Below, in pieces: positions 1 through 11,700 of a DNA stretch of 64,000 bases; the first letter of the stretch is position 1; each line of letters begins with the position of its first letter. The position numbers and the translations under genes are program-made. This stretch comes from Psammoneis japonica (taxonomy: Eukaryota): NCBI GenBank assembly GCA_008632985.1, contig QPGO01000020.1, forward strand, positions 310,001 to 374,000. The letters are read 5' to 3'. Below the pieces are notes generated by a model. That model made no database searches, was not told the origin of the DNA, and saw only the letters and a list, made by a program, of their open reading frames with translations.

Positions 1-529
1 ACACAAAAGAGCTGTCACGCAAAGCGTAATTGGGATCATGACGCCAAGAATATAATCGATTTTGACTTGAGATGTGACTTGATAAAGGTATTCACCATGT
101 TGAACTTGTGCTCGAGGAGAACCACAACGACAGACTGAATCAGATTGGTATTCAGGCGTTTTCAACGACGAGGCAGCCAAATCAGAAACTCGTTTCGTCT
201 GCGTTGCAGAAAACAACAAAGTTTGTCGTTCGCTCGGCAGATGTTCAAGTATTTGATCTGCTTCGTCCAGTACCAGTATTAGCATGTGGGAAACGTCAAA
301 GTTTGGTTTCTGTTCCAAGTGCTGCTACACACGTCCCGGTGTAGCCACGAGGATATTTGTCCAGCCAAAATGCTGTTGTTCGACATGATACTCCTTTGCC
401 ACCCACTACTAGTCCAGCAGACATGCATGATGTTGTCCAACCTTTTCAATACCGGTACTTGAAAGATCTGTAAAGCTCACGATTCCGACTTTGAACAAGA
501 GCACCGGGCCCGTCGGATGGAGTGTATCA

Positions 530-870
530 CGCGCTAAAAACAGTTTTTCAATAAGCGGCACCAGAAATGCCAGAGTTTCTTCAGAGCCCGTTCGTGCCGC
601 GCCCATATTGTCTCTCCCACACAGAGCATGAGGAATAAAAGCGTTTTGTATTTCAGCCCTGGTGACAAAGTTTGCACCATCCAATCCACACAACGTTGCT
701 TCCGACAAGGGCAGCGCTCGAAACGAAACCTGCTGACCAAGCGTAGGAGTATCAGGATCAGGAGCTTCTGCAGCAATCCGCTGTTCCAGACTCTCAATCT
801 CTTGCGCTCATTTTACATCATGTTTCTCATCGCCCCGCTTCTTTTGGGGATGGCGGTGCTTATCAACAAA
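530..870 (-). pseudogene. N-terminal fragment of a DDX10/Dbp4-like DEAD-box RNA helicase, degenerate
   Basis: Translation gives EIESLEQRI...FRALPLSEATLCGLDGANFVTRAEIQNAFIPHALCGRDNMGAARTGSEETLAFLVPLIEKLF. This is a Q-motif plus a damaged Walker A (GSGKT changed to GSEET). There is an in-frame stop upstream and similarity ends near 530. Confidence 0.75.
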
Positions 871-1571
871 CAATGTGACTGGAGAAGAATAACTTGGTCG
901 ACCTGGGGGTAATTCTCTTTTCGGCCCACCTCAGCCCTCAGCCTTAGCAAACAACATTGAACCTTTGGAGAATTGATAGGTCTTCACTTTGTGTGCGATG
1001 AAGCATTTGGTAACTAATTCAATCGTTATTTCTGTTGGCGTACAAACTGAAAATGAGTGAGGTGTAGTTGTCATCCCGAAAGAAACAGAATAAGTTCCGG
1101 ACCGCTGTCGTCTGTTGGAAACACACCAACCAACCACGAGCCGCGACGTCCAGAGCTAGTCTCAAACACTCCAAATATAAGGTGCCCCACACATCAGCGC
1201 CTTTTATCTATATTTATTATGAAACGAATGAGGCATAGGTAAAGGGATGAGAGGAGGGAAATAATAACAAACTCGACGAAACATACCGGAACGACGACAA
1301 CAGCAGCAGACTCACAGACTCACACACCACACCGAAGGAGTCGAAACCGATTTTCTTGCGTGGAGTGGCACTTGTCAAAATCGATCCAACACGTAATGGT
1401 GCTAAAGATAAATGACGACAACATCACGAGTGACTCACCTTGTGAAAAACGGTGGCAACGACGGTGGACGCGACGCAAATTCGCCATGGTGGCTACGCAA
1501 ATTCTGCGTGGAATTTTTCGTTTTTGTACCAGGAACCAGGAACCTAAAAAATCGCACGGTACAGTATCTTA

Positions 1572-2923
1572 GGCACGTTCCCACCCTGATAATTTCGGCC
1601 GTAAAATAAATATAATTTGGCCAAATTTACGTATTTTACGGGCGTCAGGGCTGGGAACGAATTCGATCGGTAAAAAAGATCAAAATCTCATGTCGAGCTC
1701 GGTGAGGACGCTACACGCCACAGCACTGTTTACACTGCTACTACAGCACTGGCTAGAGCTGCTAGCTAGAGAGACACCACAACATTGTCAGCGACAATCG
1801 TTGTCCATTTTGCGATTGCTCTACGGTAACCCAAGACTCAGGATAACACCAGTGAAGGTCAGAAGAAATACATCCAACATTCAATCCACTAGCAAGAGTT
1901 GCAGAGAGATCAGAAAGACGCACGAAACAATGGCATGCAGTGAGACTACAGCATGTAAAACTACTAAATGTAATTTCTACAGAATGTGAGGTACTAAAAG
2001 GCACCATTGTTAACTCTTGCGGTTTACCATTGGCCTAAGTCCATTTCAAAGAGCAAAGTAACAAAGAGCAAAGTAACAAAGAGCAAGTCGCAGAGAAGGC
2101 CTCCAGACAGTAGAGTAAGGCACTGTGAGGCACAATGCCGACGATGTTGCGCAAAACATTGACCCCCACCGGCATCATTGTCCTAACTTCCGACAAGATT
2201 GATGAAATAAGTGCACACAGCCTTCTTCATAGTCATATTCTCTCACAACAAGCCTTCCTGTTGTTGTTGAAGTGACCAAAATATTGCATTCTTGACTCTT
2301 GACCGTCAATCAAGTAACCTTGAGTATACACCAAAGAACCACCTCAATGTAACATCAGATCATAATATATTGCTACGAGGATTCGGCCTCAAGTCTGTAG
2401 ACGTATGGTTTGTGAAGAATCCCAACGCGAAATCTGAACAAGAGAAACGAAGACATCAAAAATACCATTAGTCGACACGGTCGTCATAAGCCATAACAAC
2501 AACGAAAAATCAAAATTGTGACAGCTTGATCGTATCGAGCGTAGTCTTATTGACCTGTCTCTACATTCTTACCTTCGTAGACAGGACGGTCGTTCGTGTA
2601 TGAACGGGTCCGTTCATGGCAGCAGCCATCATGGTTGTTGGTTGTTGTGCGATCGGAGCGGAGAAAGAAAAAAAATGGGCGGCTTGTGTGACGTGGCACG
2701 TTCGAGCTCCCAAAACGCCGAATTTACCGTGAAAATTATATTTACGGGAGAGAATTTACGACGACCGACACCTGTCGTCGTAATTTGCTGATAATTTCGG
2801 CTGTAAATTGGCGGATGGAAAACAGACGTGCGATTTTTCTTGTACGAGAGTTTCTACAGGAATTTTGTGTAGAACGAAATTATATTTATTTTACGGCCGA
2901 AATTATCGGGGTGGGAACGTGCC
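1572..2923. mobile_element. Non-autonomous PIF/Harbinger-type DNA transposon (MITE-like)
   Basis: ~47-bp terminal inverted repeats: GGCACGTTCCCACCCTGATAATTTCGGCCGTAAAATAAATATAATTT at 1572 and its reverse complement (1 mismatch) ending at 2923. A TTA duplication flanks both ends (1569-1571, 2924-2926). There is no transposase ORF. Confidence 0.85.
2047..2087 (+). repeat. 15-bp tandem repeat (CAAAGAGCAAAGTAA x ~2.7)
   Basis: Directly visible inside the MITE. Confidence 0.9.
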
Positions 2924-3244
2924 TTACTGTACTTCCTGATGTCCAGATTTGTGTTGCAGAGTTGAGTATGGGTTGCTGTGTCGGACACGGAGGATGTGGC
3001 TAAGATACCATCATTAGGCGTCCGAGCAGTAGCCTTACTGGTTTAGTTCTTGCGCAGGCCTACTCTACTAGCTCTACTAGCTAGCTAGAGTTAGTAGAGA
3101 GTAGCTGTATCTGGCCGTGATAGATTCAGATACGGTAGACGGCCACAAACTCCCAAACTCACCAAATTTCCTTATCTGCTGCGATGCCTGCGGTGTCTCG
3201 ACTGGAAAACACATCTCATCTCTTATCCTATCGTCTTTTCCACC

Positions 3245-4968
3245 ATGACGACAAGGCAGAAAAACACAAAGGCGTCTACTAGAAGGCAGAGAGGAAAGCC
3301 CCGAAAGAGATATGTGTTGGTGCTACTTATTGCCCTTTTCGGGCTAAATTATATCAATTACCACAAAGCCAAGATCCACGCTGGGTTAATGATAGCACAT
3401 GGCTTCTTCTTGAAGTGGAAAGTCTATAATCTTGAATGGGTCAATGATCACGTGGTGGATTCCAGCGGAAAAGTAGCTTTTGATTTCTCCTTTAAGTCTA
3501 ACGCTAGCTGTGACTTTTTCCTCCAAAACCCGACATTCCTCTCGGAAATCGCTGACACAGCAGTTAAAGACTGGAGATACCGCAATAAGCACCCCGGAAA
3601 TTACTCGAAAAAGAATGATCAAGACCTGGCACTTGCCGAGTCGGCTTGGGAACGCCTGGTCCAGTCCTGCCATGGACCTACGATTGAAAAAGACCTCCTA
3701 AAGCAAATCACGCTTCGATCCTTTATGGATGGACTCGCCAAGTGTGGCCATCCCGAAGAGTACGAGACTGGAGGAACGCAATTGTTTGGCGGTGCCTGGT
3801 GCAATGGCTACTGGCACGATCACACCAAGGCAGTGTTTCATCCAAAATCAATGGTCTCGGTGAAAGTGCCACCTAAAAAGCAAGAGGCACTATTTGTACA
3901 AGCAGCCCGATGTGCCTTTCACCTCCAGTTTCCCTTGCAGCCAGACAAAGAGCCAGAACTTGAACTTCTTGAAGCCAGTACCTCGAATAAGCCTACATTA
4001 AGGAAACAATTGGGCCGCAATTGGAGTCCCAGACGGTGATTCTGTTAGCGTTAGCCCTGGGTCCCAAAGGTATCAAGCAGGCTTGTAAGCTGGTAACTAC
4101 AGCCTATCCCCGTGGATGGGATATTGTGTTGGTGGAGGGCCCTTTCCGAGGCCTCAAGTACAAATACAGTGACGCTCTCTTGGCGTTAAAAGCCGTATTC
4201 GAGAAAGAACAAGAGGTACCTGCCAGCGAGACGCTGGTTCTCTTTGCTGACTCGTCGGATGTATTGTTCCAACAGTCTCCCGATCAAGTGGTGGACATTT
4301 TCTTGAACAACTTTAGCCAGCAATTTGTCTTTAGTGGGGAACCCTTCTGCTTCCCCATGGGACTCTTTCCCCACAGCTTTGGATTGCCCCACCACGTCTG
4401 TGAAAAATTGTATCCCGAATCCTCCAGCATTGCCCCCCTCCAACAAAAGTATGTCAACACGGGTGGTTGGATCGGCCTGGGAACGGCCGCCTTGGTCGTC
4501 CTGAAAGAAATGGTCGACAAGGAGCAAAAGCACCGCAAGCAAGACTCCATGTGTCACAACTGGGGAACGGATCAGCTCTTAGGCAATATTGCCTACCTGA
4601 GCTCCCCAAATATTGGGCTGGACGCGGACTACACAATCTTTGCGGGATACGCTTGGGACTTGATCGACGCTGCCTTGACGCCTCACCCAGTAATTTCCTC
4701 CAGCAACGATGGTAGCAGCAGTACATACTGCGATGCTTCCAGATATAGGTGTCCACCGATGCTTCACTTCAATGGATTGTCCAGTTCGGGAGGGACCCTG
4801 GACATAGCCTTCAATCTCTTGACCAAAGTTTTGGATTGCAAGTTGGACCATGACTCGGGGAAAGGCAATACCATCACCATTGTAGACCGCACCAGTGGAA
4901 AATTGAAGAAACTGAAGGGCTTGAAATCCTCCGAGTTCGCGGATTGCTTGAAGGGGACTTCCTGTTGA
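3245..4968 (+). CDS. Type II membrane glycosyltransferase, PLOD-like GT domain; split into two ORFs near 4020
   Basis: Basic N-terminus plus TM helix (YVLVLLIALFGL). The second ORF has LFADSSDVLF, FSGEPFCFP, YVNTGGWIG, DQ, IGLDADYTIF and PMLHFNG, typical of PLOD-GT-like domains. Joining the ORFs assumes a frameshift or an intron. Confidence 0.7.
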
Positions 4969-5734
4969 AAATAGTAACTTCTGAGAAAAGTTGAAATGAT
5001 TCATGTTCTCTGGTACTCCTTCTGAAGCTTGGCCTAGCCAAATAGCTAGTAGACAACGCAAGAAAATCAAGGTGTCTTTTTTATCTCTCTGATGTCTCGC
5101 AGCATATCCTACTTGCTACATAGTTAATGATGTGTAGCTAACTGTCCCTCTTTGTGGGTTAGTTGGCTAGTTAGACCTCTGTCTGAGATTCCATAGCAGA
5201 CATCATGACGGGTAAGTAAAGAGTAGGGCTAGATTTTGGTCATTTTATGAAAAATCAAAATAGATTTTTTCTTATCTCTACTCTAGCAGGTATAGATTTC
5301 TACTCTAGCTAGTAGCTACCGTGGCTACGCCACCTAGAGAGTCTACCTTGCACAGTCGCCTAGAGACTTGGACAGTAGGTACGCTAGGCTAAGAGTCATG
5401 GGCTGGGACAGTTTACTAATTGGTCCCAACCCTCGCGTCCTAGGCGCGTAGGCCAAGCGAAAGATAACAATCGTTTCGACCTTAACAGCGGTGTCGTATT
5501 CGAAACAATGAGGTTCAACTGCCTCGTTTTTCTCTCGTTGGCTTCAGTTAGCTCTACTAGCTAGAGTAAGTGCGTACCGTACGGCAGAACCTCTCGTGTC
5601 GTGGTGACGTGGTACGAGTGCGTCTGTCGTGCGCGAGCTTCATCACTGCGCCTGTCCCACGCAGCAGATACACAGACCTCGGGCAATCGCACCAACAGCC
5701 ATCTTTGGTCATTTGTCACCAACGTTGTACATGA

Positions 5735-8700
5735 GGGCATTTAAGATCAAAAGGGAGGCCAGGGAACACTTTGAGAGCAGTGGTTGAGAGTTGCAATGCT
5801 TGTCTGCTGGTGCAGCTGCACCAAAGAGCTTCCAGAGTGAAAGGACACCCTGGTGCAACCAACCAACCCAAGAGCTGCAGGCTGAGGGCATTGAAGATCT
5901 CTGGAGGAACCCAGGGAACTCATTGAGAACAGTGGTGGAGCATTGCAAGGCTCATCTGGTGCAGTCGTAGCCACCAGTCACTTGATCCATTTTCCAGAGT
6001 GAGACCTGAAGCTTCTGCTGAATCCAAAGTGAAAGAGGACCCTGATGCAACCAGCCAAACAACTGCAGGTTGAGGGCATTGAAGGTCTCCCTTGGAGCCA
6101 AAAGAACACTTTGAGAATGGTGGTGGAGCATTGCAAGGCTCACCTGGCACAGTTGCAGAAACCAGTGACTTGATCCATTTGCCAGAGTGAAAGCTGAAAC
6201 TCCTGCCTCTGGTGTGAAAGGACACACTGATGCAGCCAAACAACCCAACAACTGCAGACTGAGTTCATTGAAAGTTTCCTGTGGAACCACAGGAACACTG
6301 CAAAGAGAACAGTGGTGGAGCATTTCAAGGCTCATCTGGTGCAATTGCAGCAGCCAGTGACTTGGTCCACATGCTGGAGCGAAAGTTGAAACTCCTGCCT
6401 CCAGAGTGAAAGGACACACTGACGCAGCCAAACAACACAACAGCTGCAGACTGAGTTCATTGAAAGTTTCCTGTGGAGCAAAAGGAACACTTTGAGAACA
6501 GCAGTGGAGCATTGCACAAGACTCATCTGGTGGGTTGCAGCAAGAACCAATCACTTGATCCACGCCAAAGCTGAAACTGCTGACTCCAGAGTGAAAGGAC
6601 ACACACTGATGCACCCAAACAACCCAACAACTCTGCAGGCTGCGGGCATTGAAAATCTCCAGGGGACCCCAGGGAAAACTTTAGAATTGTGGTGGAGCAT
6701 TGCAAGGCTTGTCCAGTGCAGTTGCAGCCACCAGTCACTTGGTCCATTCCGGAGGCCCAGTGAGACCTGAAATTGCCGAGTCCAAGCTGAAAGAGGACCC
6801 TGATGCAACCAACCAACCAAACAGCCAAACAACTGCAGGCTGAGGGCATTGAAGGTCTCCCTTGGAGCCGAACAAACACTTTGAGAACAGTGGTGGAGCA
6901 TCGCAAGGCTCATCTGATGCAGTTGCAGCCACCAATCCTTGATCCATGCCAGAGTCAGAGCTGAAGCTCCTGAATCCAGAAAGAAAGGACACACTGATGC
7001 AACCAAACAACCCAACAACTGGAGACTGAAGGCATTGAAAGTCTCTGATGGACCCAAGAGAAAACTTTGAGAATGGCCATGGAGCATTGCAAGCCTTTTC
7101 TGGGGCATTTGCAGCCACCAGTCACTCAATGCACTCCAGAGTGAGACCTGAAGCTCCTGACTCCAGAGTGAAAGGACACACTGATGCAACCAACCAGCTG
7201 AACAACTGCAGACTGAGGACTTTGACATCTCTCTTGGAACCAAAAAAACACTTTGAGAAAAGCGGTGGAGCATTGCAAGGCTCATCTGGTGCAGTTGCAG
7301 CCACCTTCCACTTGATCAATGCCAGAGTGAGAGCTGAAACTCCTGACTCCAGAGTGAAAGGACACACTGGTGCAACCAACCAACTGAACAACTGCAGATG
7401 GAGGGCATTGACATCTCCCTTGGAACCAAAAGAACACTTTGAGAAAGGTGGTGGAGCATGGCAAGGCTTGCATGGTGCAGTTGAAGCAAAAAATCACTTG
7501 ACCCATGCAAGAGTGAGGAGAGCTGAAACTCCTGACTCAAGAGTGAAATGACGCACTGATGCAGCAAACCAGCCAACCCAACAACTGAAAATTGGGGACA
7601 TTGAAGGTCTCTGATGGAATCCAGGAAACACTTTGAGAATGTTGCTGGATTGCTGAAGAGTTCATCTGGTGCAGTTGCAGCCACCAGTCACTCACTTCAT
7701 TCCAAAGTGAGAGCTGAAAACTGCTGAATCCAAAGTGAAAGAGGACCCTGGTGCAACAAACCAAACCAGCAATTGCAGGCTGAGGGCATTGAAGGTCTCC
7801 ACCGATGAAAACGACAACATGGATTCTGTTGATGATGGTCGGTTGCACCTGTTGAAATGCAAGAAATGCCGACACGACAGCAGGCAAGACAAGACGTGAA
7901 AAAAAAACGCCAACGCAGCAACAAACCAAACCAGGCTGTCATGACACACCTTGCCATGTTGATGATCACCCCGCATGACATGGAGGTGCCATGTGTTGCA
8001 ATGACTCAGAACGGCAATGTTCCATTTGTTGTGTTGTTGATGGTGGCCACGTTTCACCACACTCGAAAAAAAAATGCGCTCGTGTCGCTGTGGTGAACAA
8101 AGAGTTGAGAAATGTGGTGGATTGTTGCAAGGCTCATCTTGTTCAGAAACCTCCATGAGTCACTCCATCCCAGCAGGGTTGAGAGCTGAAACTCCTGACT
8201 CCAGAGTGAAAGGACACACTGATGCAGCAAACCAACAACCAGCCCAACAACTGCAGGCTGAGGGCATTGAAGGTCTTTGAAGGAACCCAGGGAACATTTT
8301 TAGAATGGCGGTGGATTGTTGCAAGGCCCATCTGGTGCAATTGCAGCCACCAGTCACTCAATGCATGCAAGAGTGCTCAGAGCAGAAACTCCAAACTCCA
8401 CAGAGAAAGAACACCCTGGTGCAACCAACCAACACAAGAGCTGCAGGCTGAGAGCATTGCAGGTCTTCAGAGGAACCTGCAAAACACTGTGAGAATGATG
8501 GCGGAGTGTTGCAAGGCCCATCTGGTGCACATGCAGCCACCAGTGGCTAAAATGCATGCCAAAGTGAGAGCAGAAAAACACCTGACTCCACAGAGAAACC
8601 AACAACTGCATGCTGAGGGCATTGAAGGTTTTCAGAGGGACCCAAGGATCACTTTTAGAATGGTGGTGGAGTGTTGGGAGGCCCGTCTGGTGCAATTGCA

Positions 8701-11700
8701 ACCACCAGTCACTGAATGCATGCCAGAGTGAGAGCTGAAATTCCCAACTCCACAGTGAAAGAACACACTCATGTGACCAACCAACCCAACAACTTCAAGC
8801 TGAGGGCATTGAAGGTCTTCAAAAGCACCCACAAAACACTGTCAGAATGGTGGTGGAGTGTTGCAAGGCCCATCTGGTGCATTTGTAGCCACCAGTCACT
8901 AAATGCATGCCTGAGTGAGAGCAGAAAAACTTTTAACTCCTCAGGGAAAGAACATCCTGATGCATCCATCCAACCCAACAACTGCAAGCTGAGGGCATTG
9001 GAGGTCTTCAGGGGATGTCAGGGAACACTTTTGGAATGATGGTGGCAGAGTGTTGCAAGGCCCATCTGGCGCAGTTGCAGCCACCAGTCAATCAATGTGC
9101 GCAAGATTGCTCAGAGCAGAGAAACTCCAAACTTCTTAGAGAATGAACTTCTCAGAGAATGAACACCCTGATGCACCCAACCAACCCTAGAGCTGCATGT
9201 TGAGGGCATTGAAGCTCTCTGGTGAAACCCAGAGAACACTTTGAGAACAGCGGCAGAGTGTTGCAAGGCTCATCTGGTGCAGTTGAAGCCCCAAGTCACT
9301 TCAGCCATGCCAAAGCAACAGCTGATGAAAGTCCTAACTCCAGAGTGAAAGGACACCCTGATGCAGCCAACCAACCCCACAACTGCAGACTGAGGGCATT
9401 GAAGGTCTCCAGTGAAACCCAGGGAACCCTTTGACATTGGTGGGGGGGGGGGGGGGGGTGTTGCAAGGAACTTCTGGGTGCAGTTCCAGCCCCCAGTCAC
9501 TTTCCCTCCGTGCAAAAGGAAGACCTGATGAAAGCTTTAAGTCCAGAGTGAAAGGGTGCCCTGAAATGCAACAAACACCAACAAACACAACAACTGCAGG
9601 CTGAGGGCATTGAAGGACACTAAAAAACAGCCAGGGAACACATTGAGAATGGTGATGGAGCATTGCAAGGCTCATCTGGTGCACTTGCTGCCAAGAGTCA
9701 TTTAATCCATTCCAGAGTGAGACCTGGCTGAAACTTCCAAAGTGAGTGAGGCCCCTGATGCGGCCAACCGGCCAAACAGCTGCAGGCTGAGGTCATTGAA
9801 TGTCTCCATTCTTGGAAACAAAAGAACACTTTGAGAATGATGGTGGAGCATTGCAGGGTTCATCTGGTGCAGTTGCAGCAACCAGGCACTTGATCCATGC
9901 CAGAGTGAAAGCTGAAACACCTGTGTCAAGAGTGAAAGGACACACTGATGCAACCAAACAACCAAACAACTGCAGACTGAGTTCATTGAAGGTTTCTCAC
10001 ATGAGCAAAGGAACACTTTCAGATTGGTGGTGGAGCATTGCAAGGCTCATCTGGTGCAGTTGCAGCCACCATCCACTTGATCAATGCCAGAGTGGTGAAA
10101 GCTGAAACTTCTGACTCCAGAACAAAATGACACACTGATGCAACCAACCAACAGAGCAACTGCAGGGTGAGGGCATTGACAATCTCCCATGGAACACAAG
10201 GAACAACATGAAAAAAGTGACAGAGCATTGTCAGACTCATCCAATGCAATTGCAGCCAACAATCACTTGATCCATGCCAGAGTGAGAGTCTGAAACCTCC
10301 AACTCCAGAGTGAAAGGACACAGTGATGCAGCAAACCAACCAATCCAACACCGGAAAGCCAAAGACATTGAAGGCCTCTGGTGAAACCCAGAAAACAATG
10401 TGAGAATGGTGGTTGAGTGTTGAAGATTTCATCTGGTGCATTTGCAGACACCAGTCACACAATCCATTCCAGAGTGAGACCTGAAACTGTTGAATCCAAA
10501 GTGAACAAGGACCCTGGTGCAACCAACCAACCCAACAACTGCAGGCTGAGGGCATTGAAGGTCTCCAGTCTCCAGCAGAACCCAGGGAACAGTTTAAGAA
10601 ATGTGGTGGATTGTTGCAAGGCTCATCTTGTGCAGTTGCCTCCATGAGTCACTCCATCCTGGCCAGATTGAGAGCTGAAACTCCTGACTCTGGAGTGAAA
10701 GGACACACTGATGCAGCAAACCAACCAACCCAACACCTGCACACTGAGGGCATTGAAGGTCTTTAGAGGAACCCAGGGAACATTTTTAGATTGGTGGTGG
10801 CTTGTTGCAAGTGAGGCCCATCTGGTGCAATTGCAGCCACCAGCCAGCACTCAATGCATGCAAGAGTGCCCAGAGCAGAAAAATCCAAACTCTCAGAGAA
10901 AGAACACCCTGATGCAACCAACCAACCCAAGAGCTGCATGCTGAGGGCATTGGACATCTCCAGTCAAACTCAGGGATCACTTTGAAAATGGCAGTGGAGT
11001 GTTGAAGGGTTCATCTGGTGCAGCTGCAGCCCCCAGTTACTTGATCCATCACACTCATGGCAAGAGCTGAAAGTCTTGAACCCACAATAAAAGAACACTC
11101 TCACGCAACCAACCAACACAACAACTGTGGGCTGAGGGCATTGAAGGTCTTCAGAGGAACCCACAAAACACTGTGAGAATGGTGGTGGAGTGTTGCAAGG
11201 CCCATCTGATGAATTTGCAGCCACCAGTCGCCAAATGCATGCCAAAGTGAAAGCAGAAAATGACCTGACTCCTCAGAGAAAGAACACCCAGATGCAACCA
11301 ACCAACCCAACAACTGCACACTGAGGGCATTCAAGGTCTTTAGAGGGACCCCAAGGAACACTTTTAGAATGGTCGTGGAGTGTTGCAAGGCCCATCTGGT
11401 GCAATTGCAACCACCAGTCACCAAATGCATGCCAGACTTAGAGCGGGAAAACTCCCAACTCTTCAGAGAAAGAGCACCCTGATGCAACCATCCAACCAAC
11501 ACGACAACTGCATGCTGAGGGCATTGAAGGTCTTTTGAGGAACCCAGCAAACACTTTTAGATTGGTGGTGGAGCGTTGCAAGGCTTGTTTGGTGCAGTTG
11601 CAGCCACCAGTCACTTGGTCCATTCCAGAGTGAGACCTGAAATTGCTGAATCCAAGCTGAAAGAAGACCCTGATGCAACCAACCAACCAACCAACCAAAT

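Noticed and set aside
1562..2929. Tc1/mariner interpretation of the MITE (TA|CAGTA...TACTG|TA)
   Set aside because: It needs a 4-bp insertion in the left TIR. GGC...GCC ends with a TTA duplication fit without any gap.
5401..5445. Hairpin GGGCTGGGAC...GTCCCAACCC followed by CTAG, as a Helitron 3' end
   Set aside because: The loop is long, CTAG is followed by G rather than T, and no matching 5' TC end was identified.
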